The notes below the pieces were generated by a model. That model saw nothing but the letters and a program-made list of their open reading frames with translations, did no database searches and had not been told where the DNA came from. A stretch of DNA of 64,000 nt, from assembly GCA_043228905.1 (NCBI GenBank), contig JBHGNT010000008.1, positions 2,418,001 to 2,482,000 of the forward strand, given 5' to 3'. Source of the stretch: Azolla caroliniana. Taxonomy: Eukaryota > Plantae > Polypodiophyta. The position numbers and the translations under genes were made by a program. Shown here one piece after another: positions 52,870 to 64,000 of the stretch (positions are counted from its first letter, which is position 1; the number at the start of each line of letters is the position of its first letter).

Positions 52870-54099
52870 AACGCCATAAGGATATACATACACGATATAT
52901 CATAAATCCAAGATCCCCTGTATTTTTCTAAATTATAACCAATGGCTTAAATAAATACTTTGGTGCTGAGTAAAACCACTCCACCTTATCAACAAGCCGT
53001 CTATAAAATATACATATGTCCCAGATGGCATGAAACTCCAAACTCTTAAGCTCCACTTGGTGAGTATTACCTTTTTATACTATCCAACAACCCTATGGGA
53101 TTATGCACAATCTCTATCCAAATTCCCGAATTTATTTGGGAAGGTCTTTCAGTCACATTTTGAAATACCTTCAAACATCGCGCCTTCCAAATATACCAAA
53201 TTGTAATACTACTTACCAATTGCCATATTTGAGGTTTATCAAAAACTTATTTATATTTGAGTATGTTTACTTGAACTTAATCTTTTGAATGGATTGAGTG
53301 AAGAGGAAAAGGATGTTTGTATTCATGTTAAGGCTTAGGTGCACTATAAAGTCATAGTATTTGCGTACATTTGCTTTCCTTTGTAAAGTGAAGAGACAAG
53401 TGTGCCACATTCCAATTTAATTTGTGGAACACATAAATTTTGACCTAAATTCCAATAACATGAACATTGAGTTATACTCAGTATACTAGATGCATAACTA
53501 GATGTAGCATGCTACAAGAGATCAATCATTCCCCCCAAGTACCATTACAACATCAACTTACATGCACAAATGTTTTTTATGTGAAAATACACAATTATGT
53601 TCATTGATGCGGAAAATACTACATTTATAGCACTATTTTTTGTCTCTCTCTCTCAGTCTCTCTTTTCTTAATTAATTATGGAAAGTAAACTACAAAGAAC
53701 TCAACACCAAGGAGACTATAATAATCCTCGTGGCTCATACACACTTCTGAAATTGTTGGGGAAGACTAGGCCAACAAATGGTTTGAATATGACATTGAAC
53801 ATATATGTATAGTATCATTTCACCATGAGTTTTTCATCTATGTATATTTGTTGCTAAGATTCATATTGTAACACCCTATTTGAATAATTAATTATAATAG
53901 TTACCATGATCTCAAACTAAAGATTGGAATTATTTGTATAATCTATTGTTATTGCTCCATATTTGCACCTACACCTTAATAAACTAGAATGCATATTCAT
54001 TGCAATAATGTGATCTTGTTTATGTGCTTAACTGTAGTTTTTTCACAAGCCAACTAGTTCATGAATCTATATGCAATAATTTGTTAGCTAATATGGATA

Positions 54100-56500
54100 T
54101 GTAAAGTCTTTTGCATACTGTTGTCATCCTCTCTTTGTTGACTCGATGAGCTTCGACTAAGTATTATGGTTTGTCTTCATGAGATAATTCTCGATCCTCG
54201 AGTTCTACAAAGCAATTACTCCTAGACATAACCTATAAATATACCCCAAGGTTAATGAGTATCATTTACCCGAAGTTCTTCTTACTTCTCATGTTATCTA
54301 AGAGGAGAGTAAGGGTGTCCTCTCAATGATATTCTATCCCGAATGTCATTTCTTTGACCACCCTATGCACATCCTACACTTAATTGGAGCCTCCTCATAA
54401 GAAGCAATAATACTTCAATTTGGTTGTAGCTCAGTTTTACTTAGCATTAGATTGTCGTTTACACTAATTAAACCATAATGCTTTTAGGCAAATATTACAC
54501 ACAAAGACAAAGACAAGACATATTGGAAAAAGTTACACTTTCTAATTATAGTGATAATGTTTATGATCATCTTAGAAATTTGAGCCCTTAGGAGGTTTTT
54601 ATTACTTCTAGGGCAAGGAGAACATCTCAAAAGGCATCTTCAAGAAATAAGGCTTCAAAAAGTCAACGAACAAGAATAAGCCCAAGTGTTATACAAGAAA
54701 TGAAGTTTCCAACACACTTGGTAGTTTACCTTGATCCTAAGACAAAATTATAAACATATGGATATACTAAACTCATGAAAGAGGATCAATGATGAGAAGT
54801 TGTTAACAAAGTATGAAACTTAGGTTTTGAATTACAAGAATGGAATTTCCAATAAAAAGTAGCAAGTGCTAAGACCCCTTCCTCTACCCGCAATAAACTC
54901 TTCTAGCAAGGATAAGCCAACCACATGTTGAGGATTAGATACATCTAGACATTGCTAGTGATTTAGGGCAAATGCACTCAACCTTAAGGTAGACTTCCCT
55001 AATAAAGGGAAGTCTACATGATGATTGAGCTCCTGTATTTGAAACATAACGTTCTAGGTCATATCTTAACCAACTACATAAAAATTATGGTTGAAGACAT
55101 TTTGAGGTCAACCCCCGGACCTTGACATGATGTGCTCATGAGAGTGAGAGGCAAACTACAAACTAGATACGTGGGAACTTATAATCATAAAACTCCAACA
55201 CAACGAAGTCATCAAAGAGGCTCTTCATAACTAGGTTGATTATATGCCTTACATGTATAAAATTGGAAGTTGAGAATATGGGCTTCATTCTCTTGGTAAT
55301 AATGAATTGGGTTGACAATTATGTTGATATCAAATATGAGAGTGGGAGTTAGTATAATAAGTTACGATTTATAACAAAAAAAAGGAGCCCGTCCATGGGC
55401 TCAAGCTGGCTAATTTCTCTCTTACCTTACTTCTATTAGGATCTTGAGTGTATACTTGAACCACAACATTAGATGTGAGATGTCCAACAGATACTCAAGA
55501 ATACCCATAATCACACCACCAAAAATAGCAAAGATTTTATAAACCACAAAACAAAGGCAAATGGGCGAATGACCATGGAGTAAACTAAAAATATGTGCCA
55601 AATGGAATAATAAGTATTCAATGGAAAGCATCAACGAATCATAACAAAGATATATTAAAAATAGAACAACAAATGTATATATCACACGTATGGAGGCCAA
55701 ACTTAGATTATGCATATGCCAAGCGTTTTCTTGTTACATGATCTATGTTTATGCATGTTCCAATGGGTCACTATTGAATAATTTAACTTTGATTATATAA
55801 ATGATATTTATTTGGTACCATGACTACTTAAAGAGTATTTATTATTTCCTTATTTACACCTTATTTTACACATCATGGCCTTCCAACCATTTACACACTC
55901 GTTGAACTATCAACACTATTGCACACCCATGAGGCAACAACATTTGTGGATGAACATGTGGCATCAATAAAGGGCACAAGGCTAAATGGGGGTGACAACT
56001 CAACAATCATTAGGATGGCGCTTCTCCTAAATCAAGTTTGGGTTTGTGGAATGTTAGCAAGCTCATTGGTTTGGAGCAAGGTTGGTGGTGATGTCAAAAC
56101 TTCTAAGGGCTCCATGAGGCAACAATGTTTTATTGGTAGTGGATAAAGTGGAAATAGCATGTTCAAATAGGGAGCCTATGTCTCGGTCCCACGTGGACAC
56201 AAAGTAATGGAGATAATTGGTCACATCTGCCTCTAGTTCTTGGTATGCATGCATTGCATCCTCTCATTTATTTGTTGGTAACTGGCCATTTGCAATTGCT
56301 TGGCTAGCAAGCACAACATTGACGTCGCATTGATTCCTATGAGGATGGGTGCAGAATTGAGGTGAGTCAATCTTGGAAGTTGGTGTTGGCTACCTCAAAT
56401 GCCACTGCCAACTCTAATTGTTCAGAGCATGAACTCATGCACATTCTGCTTTAGCCATCGTACCAATAAGATGGTTGAGCATTCATGTGGTGATGTGAAA
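54100..56500. mobile_element. Highly decayed LTR-retrotransposon debris
   Basis: A fragment reading RGKLQTRYVGTY (GPY-like integrase tail, about 55150) plus other broken coding-like segments. No intact structure. Confidence 0.35.
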
Positions 56501-57212
56501 CAACTTGAAGGTTCACACATTAATTGCTCTAGTCACATAAACCATAAACCATAAACCATAAACATCGATAATAACTTTAGATTCAAATAAAGACTTGACA
56601 AACCTATAAGGACCTGTCTCTTATCCATATGAAAGCCCCATTTACTATCTTCGAGAGACATGGCCCAAATGGCCAACAACTCCATGTTTACTCGAGTACT
56701 CTTCAATGTATGTTCTATGATGGGTACTTGATTAAGTGATTGCAATTGATATAGATAACGAACTCTTAGGCTTCATGAGGGGTTGCAATTGAATATCGTT
56801 TATCATATTGAGGTCGTCAATGCATTTTACTTCTTGTTATTTTGTTGTCACACATGCACAACTCCTCAAGTGTTTCCATGTTTAGTTTGGCATTTCATAG
56901 CATTGTGTCGTAGTTGTGGGCTTTTGTTTTATAAGAACGAGCTTCTTGGTTGGTGCCTCCATGTTATTGGCTCGTGGCACGAGATGGAAATTACATAGTT
57001 GTATCACTCTTAATTAGTGTCATGGCTCATATTGCACGATCTAGCGAGAGACGTACCATGGTGGCCTTCGATGTAATAAGGGAGACTATCATCTCTTGAA
57101 GTTGGTGCTCCTTGGACACAAGTTGCACCTTAAGCTCATGCATGAGGTGGACTGTATCTAGAATTGTGTACCCCATGACCACTACTAATTGGGATCATCG
57201 CTTTGTGTATAT

Positions 57213-57243
<31 letters not shown>

Positions 57244-59619
57244 GAGTTGTCAAGGTCACCACCAATTTAATGGTTGGTTGTGCCCAAAGGTGTCCTTTGG
57301 ATGTGCTCAAAAGTTGTTTGCTCCCACACATATCGATAAACTTGGTGTTGATTTCCTAAGGGCTCCACCCATCATTATCATAGCGAATTAATGGTTAACC
57401 AAGGGCACTTTAGGAGGTGGATTGATATTCTTTAGTTTTGGATGTATTGGCATTACATTCTTGATATGTGGCCAAGTGGGACCACATACGAGGTGGAATT
57501 TGAGAGTAGAATTGTCGAAACCTTCCCCACAATAGGGATAAACTCCTTAATGATTGTTGCGGTATGCATCAACCCTCAATATTGTTAATGCAAATAACAC
57601 CATATTTTCTAGTTTTAACAAGTCCATGAGGTTTAATATTTTTGATCTAGAATATTGTTCATAGGCTAAATTTGTCCAAAAACATGGCCATCTTGTAATT
57701 TGTGGATAATTATCCTTTATCAGGTAGTAATGACTAGTGGCCAAATTGGGCTTGTAATTTGAAAGGGGCCCTTTAGGTTTTCCAATTTGATTAAAAGGAC
57801 AATATCTTTTATGTAAAAGGGGCCTTTGGGTGCCCCCAAGTATAGGTTGCCTTATGGCGCTCATTCTCTCCCCTTGGCACCCACTTAGAGCCATTTTCCT
57901 TCATGAAGCTTTTCAAACTAATTAATTGAGATACATATGATTTTTAGTAGCTAATTATATATTTAATTGAGACACATTATATGTTTCTCATATGTGGACT
58001 CACATCTTCCATTTATGGGAGGGAATATTTAAATTCTTTTAATGTGTGTGCCCATTGAAGAGAGATGTAATTGGATAGCAGCATGGGTGAACCTACCATG
58101 ATTATTGAGCTTACCTACCCTAACTATTTGAGCTCAAGTGTCGTACTTGTGTGTTGTGATTGGGGGCGGTGAGGGATGTCTTGTTGTTTGGTGTTGGTGA
58201 GCAAATTGGAAATGTTTTCTACTCCATCTGCTATGATACGATTTCATATGATAGTCATTGATTTTTCCTCTTTAGAAGGTATTGTTGTTGGCATAGTAGA
58301 CAATACATGATAACCCAACAAAGACATATTAATTTACATGGTATCAAACTGAATTTAGCTTGAACATGAGCTCCATGAATTCGATAATCTTGCAATTAGT
58401 GACGTCAAGTGACAAACACTTGATGTAGTTGTTGGAATGCTCTAGTTGTTGTTGTTTATTGGCACGACCCTTTGCACTTGAAGCATACCTTTTTGAATTG
58501 ATGGTATTAGAGTCCAAATATACTATAAAATCAAAAGATAAAGAAATTAATGAAGGAGAAGGTTGGAACGAGGGGGGCTAGATCCGTTGGACCACCCCCT
58601 AGCGTCTCTCATTGCAAAGTTAAATGTCTTCAATTCTCTCCCTCATTCTTATGTGAATTAAACGGCACCAACTCACCATGACGCTAGACAAAACTATTGT
58701 AGAACTACCTCGTGGTTAGTTATGGTCATGCTTGTAATGGGCACCTTTTTTTTTAAAGCGGGAATTTAGAGGTCAAACGATGGTACTTTCTAGGCAATGC
58801 ATTTGTTGGCATAATGGGCACCAAGGTCCTGGTATGTGCTTCCTAAATTCACAAAAGTTGGTTATGCCATGGTTTCAAAATCATGTGGATAAGTAGATGG
58901 GAGAATTTTTAATCGACTCTAAAGGCAAATGAGTTGCCATTGGGTTGTCTTGTGGGATGATTACCCTAGTGGACCAATAGTAGAGGTGTGATTATGAAGG
59001 ATGCACCGTGTACTTAGGTTCCATGGGTCAACATTGACCTCTCTACGAACGCCAAAAAATTTGTAATATGTGTTTAAATGGTTGCTTGGGCATCAAGCAA
59101 AGCTAGTGAAGATCGATGAACGCCTTTGATTGTTACGTCAGACACTCCAACTGCAACATCGCAATGAGTCGTTCCTCCACCCGAGTCAAGGGTGTGGAAC
59201 AATCTAATTAAGATGTTAATTAAGTCAATTGAAGATGTTAATTAAAGATGTTGCATGTGGGTTAATTATGTTGAGGTAGAGAGGCTCGAACCTCGGATGG
59301 CCACCACGAGAACGCATTGATGGACTCACTATGTATGTATCGGTTTAACGGTTCGGTTCAGTTCGGTTCGAGCCGAAACCGGGCCTATTGCTATATGTAT
59401 ATATGTATGTATTGGGGCAATAATAAATAACAGTGAAATCATTCCGAAAGGGCATCTCTGAGTCATTTTTTAAAACGAACTCATCCCACCTTTCTCTCTC
59501 TCTGTTTTCAGAAGAAAGAAGAATTCTCCCTTGTTCCTTTCCTGTCTGCATGAATGGCTACATAGACCCAGGTAATGCGTGTTTTTTTTCTGTGCAGACG
59601 AATGGTACAATTCTTTGAT

Positions 59620-59623
<4 letters not shown>

Positions 59624-59665
<42 letters not shown>
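59624..59665 (+). repeat. (GA)n microsatellite in the probable 5' leader of SPAG16
   Basis: About 21 GA units seen directly. Confidence 0.95.
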
Positions 59666-59669
<4 letters not shown>

Positions 59670-60677
59670 ATATGAGAATCTTGTCACCAAATCACATGAA
59701 AGGGAATGTGATGCATGATGCAACGGTCAGGTATATCCTAATGAGATTAGTAAACGATAGCTACCCAGCCATCATCTCTACAAAGTTCTAGAAATGATCT
59801 AAAGGAAGTTATAAAAATCTACAAAAGGAGACTGGGAGCCTGTATATAATATTAGGGGAGATTACTGCATCAACGTGTTCAGGTAAAACTTAAAGAATCC
59901 ATACATAGTACAAAATAAAGGAATCCCATCACACTAGGAAAGAGTACAACTTCACGATGTATTCCTATGAGCTTTCACATAGGTCTATCCCTAATTGTCA
60001 TTATAGAAACCCAAAGCTCAAGATAAATAGCCTTTCAAATGAAATTTATACTTAATTCCTTTGAAGGTCCAGAGTCATATATGAGACCAAATTTTCATCT
60101 ACGTGAAGCTTATACAAAGTTTCATAAAATAAAGCAAAATTAAACTGCTACTGAAATTAGTCAATTAGCCCCATGTAACAGCAAGGTTGTGATGGAAGTA
60201 CAATGATGTATATGAACCATGGTTCATGGGTACAAGGGGTACAAAATGTGTTATAATATTGGGAGTACAATGTACACAATAGATTGTGGAGAGTTGGACC
60301 ATGAATGTATCAGCCCATGAGCAATCTCATAGGGGACAATGATACCTTGTATCCTGAAGTATCTGGATCAGCCCAATTTTTATCGGCGTGCTCGATCAAG
60401 CCTAGGAGGTGCTGATTGGTGTGCTTGATCTGGTATGTCCCTCCATAGAAGTATGATATTCAGGGGTTTGAATAGCTCTATCCTCAGGGATATGGAGAAG
60501 ATGGTCTCAGCAGACGGCTACAATGGACTCTAGGCTTTGATAAATTTGTGCCTACTGATTATTGTAAAGCTTGAAGCTGTAGGGGGAATTTATTCATAAC
60601 TTCGAAGTTCATGACCTAACAATGTGAATATTGTTATTTTTAGATTGGATTTCATTGGTAAAAAGATTTTTCAGACG

Positions 60678-63597
60678 ATGGGTAGTGAAGACTTGCTGAT
60701 TACTTCAAACCAAATGGGAAGATGTGATGATCCTGTTTGTAAGTCCAAGCCAATTTATAACTTCTTTATGTTTTAAAACTTGAAATATACCATCTCAAAT
60801 ATTGTATCTTTTTTGTAATACAATGTAGATGAAACAAGGGCTGAATACACATATGAAGAAGAAATACAATTATCTAGTGACTCTGATGAAGAGGATACAC
60901 ACTCTGAAGACCTGGATGCTACACTCCAGTCTGTTCAAAAGCTTTCGTATTTGTTTGGTAGATATGATGCTTATTACAATGAGAAAACTATTATATATAT
61001 ATATATATATATATTTTGACATGGGTTTAAACCAAAGAGAAAATTCATTTTTCTGTATACAAATTGAGAATTCTCTCAATATATTGAAATGTGTAGGAAA
61101 AGATAAGATTGCGGAAAAAACTCATGAAGAACAAAAACAGGCAATACATAGAGCAGAGGTGGTAGATGATTTTTTCCGAAATTTTCTTGTCAAAACAGGG
61201 CTCACAAAGACCCTCAATATATTTGAGGTAATTCTCTTTTTTCTACATAATGTCTGTGTTCTGCTATTTCTGGACAATTTTAAGATGGTCAGTTAGTTTT
61301 TTGGTTTTCTAATATTGTCTAATCCCACAATCAGACTGAATGGTTTGAATTCAAAGCAAGCGGAAAACTTAAAGATATTAAATTTGACAATGTTCCTGAT
61401 GAATATACAAGAAGCATGCATCTGGAAGCTTCAGTGTCCAGTTTGACACAACAGCTTCAACAAGTGAATTACTTGGCACAGTAAGCACTCAGACTTGATC
61501 CTTTTTCCGATTCTTTTAGAAATAGATAGTAATCCACCCAAGAGAGTGTTTGTAGTCTAACAAAGATTGCACATAAATCTACTAAATTTTCTTAGGAAAC
61601 TAAACATTTATCTAAGATTTGATAAAGATACACTCATTTCATCAGAGATTCCTTGAAATTGGTCTCAATTCTCTCTAGGAGTATGGATGCTATCAGTCTG
61701 TTTAAGTAAAGCTTCAAGCATACAATTGGGCCATTCGAATGATGAGAGTACTGTGGATAACCTCATGCTCTCAAATGGTCCTTAATCTTAATACAATCGA
61801 TCTATTTATTATAACTTATAATCATAAACATGAAAGAAATGATGAAAACACAGTTACGCCCTTGGTCCTTATCTAAGCTAGGCTACAGAGAAGCAAGGGA
61901 CACAACACAATGAGAACATTATTCGGGAAAACATCACTGCTTGAGAAATGCACACAAGGCATAGTAGATCCAAAACTTCTTTCATTTGCTAGTTTTGTTA
62001 CACTGTCATACAACTAATTGTATCTGACAGTTTTTAGTGTGGCTATGGCAATTTCCGTAGTTGCAAATGGAAACCTCCTTCAAAAGATTTCTTGTTGATT
62101 ACCTGTTTAATAGATGTTAGATAGCAAGCATGCTTTATGTCTTGAATCTGACTTTTGTCTTTCAGATTGCAGGTGCAGGCAAGAAATGTTAGAGAAACTA
62201 AGGAAAGAGAGGAATATTCATCGAATGCATCATAGGCGGATCGCTCAGGAGAAAAATAGACTCATAGTTGATGTCAAGGTCTGATTCTCATCTACTATTA
62301 GAGCTGTCTATTTTATAACCGTAATCTAAAATCTTGACAAATTCATATGATAATCTTGCATCGCATTAGTCAATTGTCAGATGTTATGTAATTGATAAAC
62401 ATGTAATTTTTAATAGAAATCCCATATATGCAGGCTTTAAATTTATAGAACACATAACATATGATGTCTAGCTTGTATATAACACTTGAAACCAAATTTG
62501 AAAGGTAATTATTAATGATGAGTATAGATATATCCTCATATATCTGTGTAGCGAATTTTAATATAATATTGGAAATCATCAAACTAATGTTGTAATGCAA
62601 TAGGGTTTGGGATAGTGCTATATATAGAATACAGAATTACATGAAGGGAATGAGTAGAAATAAGATATGTCAGGAGGAAAGGACATTGGAAGCAATACAC
62701 TGAACTGTAAAAGTCTTTCAGACACATGACAGAAACAATAGTTTTACTTTATTACATCATGTTCACGCACACCTTACTATTATGATATGTATGTCAACCA
62801 TGCTCAAACAGTATAACTGTGTAAAAATGTGAACAACTAATCTCTGTTTACCATAATTGTACCGGTTTGCTATAGATTCTCTTTAACTGCTTAAGTTTTG
62901 ACTATTATGAATTGCAGAGATTACAAAAACATTTTGCTCAATATGAACCAATTATAAGAGAGTTGAAACGCAAATATGAAGTTGCAGTCAGACAGAAAGC
63001 TCTTATTGCGCTTGAAAGAGACAAATTGCTAGAACAAGTACATATGTCATATGCATCTGTTATTTCTCAAGAAGGCACAAACCACATTCTCTTGCATCTG
63101 TTATTTCTCAAGAAGGCACAAACCATATTCTGTTATTTCTCATGGAGGCACAAACCAAATCGCTAGAACAAGTACATATGTCATATGCATCTGTTATTTC
63201 TCAAGAAGACACAAACCACATTTTCGTTCGTAAACCACATTTTCTTGCATATGCATTTGAAACTGACCAGTTAATCGGGTTAGTTATTAAACTAAAAATG
63301 GCAAATATGTCTGCAGTGTTCTGCTTCATCTCCCTCTGGAAAGAGTGAGACAAGTTCCTTATTTTCCTCTGGTGAAAAGCGTGATGGTTTGGAAAAAGAT
63401 TCAAGGCTAGCAAAATTGGGGCAGAAAGAAGGCATTGATAGCTCGAAGGACAAATATACAAGGATTGATCCACTTTCAATCAAGTTTAGCAGCAATAGTA
63501 GCAGTGCTTACGGTAACCCCCCGCAGGAAGCTACGGCTCCTGTTGCGAGTTTTACTTTGCAGAGGACTTTTCGGGGCCACTCCAAGCCTATAAGCAA
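60678..63597 (+). CDS. SPAG16: Sperm-associated antigen 16 / PF20 central-pair WD40 protein, 5' part (continues beyond the window)
   Basis: Exons 60678-60738, 60829-60957, 61097-61227, 61335-61480, 62173(or 62179)-62278, 62918-63037 and 63317-63597 are in frame. Motifs: EVVDDFFRNFLVKTGLTKTLNIFETEWFE, KLRKERNIHRMHHRRIAQEKNRLI, RLQKHFAQYEPII...LERDKL, and first WD entry FTLQRTFRGH. Confidence 0.9.
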
Positions 63598-64000
63598 GTC
63601 AGTCTCCTTATTTGTTTCCTTTTTGGCTTTATTTATATGGATATAACTTTGGTTACCTTGTAATTTTCTCATTCTCAATTTATTCTTAAGGGTATGGAAT
63701 GGTATAACATTGTTTAGCAATATTCTTCTAGCTCTTATGTGAATTAACATCCAAAGCAGGAAGCACTCACTACATCTTATCCTGTCGGTAGTTTTTTATT
63801 ATCTTTATGTGTCTGATTGGTTTCATCTGCAATTATCCCTTGTTGTGTCAACGCAAGCTTCAGTGCTTTAAGGTTTAGGAATAGATATTTTAAAATAGTG
63901 TTTTAAGGTCTAGATATCACAGGACTTACTATTAAAGTGTGCATTGTCTTCTAGCCTTTTTGTAAATTGTATTGAATTCGTTTGGTAGTTTTCCTTTCTT

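Noticed and set aside
56536-56565. (TAAACCA)3 telomere-like run
   Set aside because: Too short and not the canonical TAAACCC.

Overview
AT-rich, intron-rich nuclear DNA from a land plant with flagellated sperm. A fern is likely; this is inferred from a SPAG16/PF20 gene plus land-plant HD-ZIP III and LRR genes. Bases 1-13.5 kb hold a minus-strand chromodomain Ty3/Gypsy element. A GC-rich, non-chromovirus Ty3/Gypsy element (3093-10051) has inserted into its RT, with a 4-bp TSD, a tRNA-Trp PBS, gag-PR in ORF1 and a clear -1 frameshift cassette before RT. The outer element has no normal 5' LTR or PBS: it ends in a near-identical LTR copy in inverted orientation. Four host genes follow: a ~28-exon tRNA ligase (minus strand, 17.9-34.2 kb); a MASP1/outer-arm-dynein-light-chain-1-like LRR gene (plus strand) with an ABRE/G-box repeat promoter; an apparently intact but truncated class III HD-ZIP gene (minus strand); and the 5' half of SPAG16/PF20 (plus strand). 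The HD-ZIP gene encodes only homeodomain and zipper, with no START/MEKHLA domain or miR165/166 site, and its single intron is a W-box-rich repeat array. The rest is degenerate TE debris, MITE/foldback elements and local tandem duplications. The best novelty candidates are the truncated HD-ZIP III gene and the inverted-LTR retroelement. Exon coordinates and motif counts were derived by eye.
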